Below are positions 61,706 through 64,000 of a stretch of DNA of 64,000 nucleotides, piece by piece; positions within the stretch are counted from its first letter, which is position 1; each line of letters begins with the position of its first letter. The DNA comes from Heterodontus francisci (taxonomy: Eukaryota). Made by a program: the position numbers and the translations under genes. The DNA is taken from assembly GCF_036365525.1 (NCBI RefSeq), contig NW_027142325.1, positions 372,001-436,000 of the forward strand, read 5' to 3'. Below the pieces are notes generated by a model. That model ran no database searches. It saw nothing but the letters and a program-made list of their open reading frames with translations, and was not told where the DNA came from.

Positions 61706-62091
61706 GAAAAAAACTAATTGAAACCTACAAAATACTTAAAGGGATAGACAGAGTAGATGCAGCCATGATGTTTCCCCTGGGTGAGGAGTCTCGAACCAGG
61801 GGACACAATTTCAAAATAAGCGGGAAGCCACTTAGGACAGAAATGAGGAGAGATTTCTTTACTCAGAGGGTTGTGAATCGTTGGAATTCTCTACCCCAGA
61901 GGGCTGTGGAAGCTCAGTCATTGAGTGTGTTTAAAGCAGAGATTGACAGATTTCTAAATACCAATGACATAAGGGGATATGGGGATAATGTGGGAAAAAT
62001 GCATTGAAGTGGATGATCAGCCATGATCATCTTGAATGGCAGGGCAGGCTGGATGGGCTGAATGGCCTACTCCTGCTCCTATGTTCCTATG

Positions 62092-64000
62092 AAGGCAGAG
62101 TTATCTAAAGTGAACTGGGAAACTAGGTTAAAAGGTAGGACAGTAGAGATGCAGTGGCAGACTTTTAGGGAGATATTTAATAACTCTCAGCAAAGATTTA
62201 TTTGAGTGGAAAGAATGATTCTTTGAGAAACATGCATCATCCGTGGTTAAATAAGCAAGTTGAGGATAGTATCAAATGAAAGAAACACTGTATAAATCTG
62301 CAAAGGTTAGTGCTGTGTCAGAAGCTTGGACAGTCTGAGAGAGAACTAGCTGGTGATATAAAAACAGATTGTAAGGGTTTCTACATGTATTTAAATAAGA
62401 AAAGAGTAACTAAAGCTAGAATTGGTTCTCTAGAGTGTGAGTCTGGGTAATTGATCATGGTAAACAAGGAAATAGCGGAGGTGTTGAACAGGTATTTTGT
62501 ATCTGTTTTCACTGCAGAAGACTGAGAAAACCTGCCAAAGATACTTGAAAATCAGGAGGTGAAAGGGAGGGAGAAATTTAAAACAATCACCATCACCAGG
62601 GAAAAGCTGCTGGGAAAACTATTAGGCCCAAAGGTTGACAACTCCCCAGGATCAGATGGTCTGCATCCTAGGGTCTTAAAAGAAGTGGCTGCAGACAGAG
62701 TAGAGGCTTTGTTTATAATCTTCCAAAATTCATAGATTCTGGAAGGGTCTGAGCGGATTGCAAAATAGCAAATGTAAAATCTTCATTCAAGAAAGGAGGG
62801 AGACAGGAAGCAGGAAACTATAGGCCAGTTCGTCTAACATATATCATAGGGAAATTGCTAGAATCCATTATTAAGGAGTTTATAGAAGGATACTTCGAAA
62901 ATCATAATGGGATCTGACAGACTCAACATGGTTTTGTAAAAGGGAAATCATGTTTAACTAATTTATTAAAGTTCTTTGAGGAATTCACAAGCAAGGTGGA
63001 TAAAGGGGAATCTGTAGTTGTGGTGTACTTGGACTTCCAAAAGGTATTTGATAAGGTGTCACATAAAAGGTTACTACACAAGATAAGAGCACATGGTGTA
63101 GGAAGTAACATATTAGCATGAATAAAAGACTAGTTAGTTAACATGAAGCAGAGAGTAGGGATAAATGGGTCTTTTTCAGGTTGACAAGATGTAACAAGTG
63201 GAGTGCCACAGGGTTCAGTGCGGGTGCCTCAACTATTTTAAATTTATGTCAATGAATTGGGGCGGCACAGTGGTTAGCACCGCAACTTCACAGCTCCAGG
63301 GACCCGGGTTCGATTCTGGGTACTGCCTGTGTGGAGTTTGCAAGTTCTCCCTGTGACCGCGTGGGTTTTCGCCGGGTGCTCCGGTTTCCTCCCACAGGTG
63401 ATAGGTAAATTGGCCATTGTAAATTGCTCCTAGTGTAGGCAGGTGGTAGGGAATATGGGATTACTGTAGGGTTAGTCGGGACAGACTCAGTGGGCCAAAG
63501 GGCCTGTTTCAGTGCTGTATCGCTAAATAAAATATAAATAAAAAGAGACCAAATGTATGGTTGCTAAATTTGCCCAGGACACCAAGATAGGAAGTAAGCT
63601 GTCAAGAGGACATAAAGAGTTTACAAAAGGATATAAATAGATTAAGTGAGTGGGTAAAAATTTAGCAGATGGAGTATAATGTGGGAAAATGTGAACTTGT
63701 CCACTTTGACAGGAAGCTTAGAAAAGCGGTATACTATTTAAATGGAGAGAGATTGCAGAACCCGGTGGTACAGAGGGATCTGGGTGTCCTGGTACATGAG
63801 TCACAAAAGGTTAATATGCAGGTACAGCAAGTGATTAGGAAGGTAAATGGAACATTGATGTTTATTGCAAGGGAAATTGTGTGTCAAAGTGGGTAAGTTT
63901 TACTGCAGCTGGACAGGGCCTTGTGAGACCACATCTGGAGAACTGTGTGCAGTTTTGGTCTCCTTATTTGAAAAGGATATAATTGTGTTAGAAGCAGTTC
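62092..64000 (+). mobile_element. Decayed CR1 ORF2 fragment running off the window
   Basis: SPGSDGLHPRVLKEVA, LDFQKVFDKVSH, MEYNVGKC, DLGVLVHES. Confidence 0.82.
63259..63543 (+). mobile_element. HE1-type V-SINE inserted in CR1
   Basis: gggcggcacagtggttagcacc..gggttcgattc (A/B boxes), V-domain gggtgctccggtttcctcccac, A-rich tail. Confidence 0.85.

Larger units (their letters stand above)
56085..62090 (+). mobile_element. Decayed CR1 LINE interrupted by two RTE elements
   Basis: Esterase remnant 56085-56510; ORF2 remnants 59360-60536 and 61710-62007; tail ctcctgctcctatgttcctatg. Confidence 0.78.

Noticed and set aside
63259-63330. tRNA gene
   Set aside because: A/B boxes belong to a SINE head that continues into V-domain and tail; no complete cloverleaf

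Overview
Repeat-dense vertebrate genomic DNA, almost certainly from a shark or ray (CR1 LINEs with esterase ORF1, HE1-type V-SINEs, Deu-type SINEs, Penelope, RTE, Gmr1-like Gypsy elements). One host gene is visible on the + strand: a signal-peptide exon (17599-17659) and two phase-1 Ig V-set exons (53368-53751, 55064-55414). The first V domain is closely Siglec-15-like and keeps the sialic-acid-binding Arg. The second is another V-set domain (Siglec-15 has a C2-set here) with Leu in place of that Arg. About 27 kb of the ~35.7-kb first intron is a single Gmr1-like LTR retrotransposon (17953-44849) inflated by nested insertions, and a further ~4.9 kb is a 69/65-bp minisatellite. Upstream of the gene, three poly(A)-tailed insertions (two Tx1-clade LINEs and an unexplained 335-bp GC-rich element) sit in the same orientation at the same nucleotide of a ~71-bp tandem repeat unit (ACTCTGTATCTAACCCC(C)G^TGCTGT). 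This suggests a satellite-specific Tx1 retrotransposon system with a non-autonomous passenger. A minimal hammerhead ribozyme motif lies at the Penelope 3' end. TE boundaries were read by eye and are approximate unless a TSD or terminal motif is quoted; family names come from recalled motifs, not database searches.
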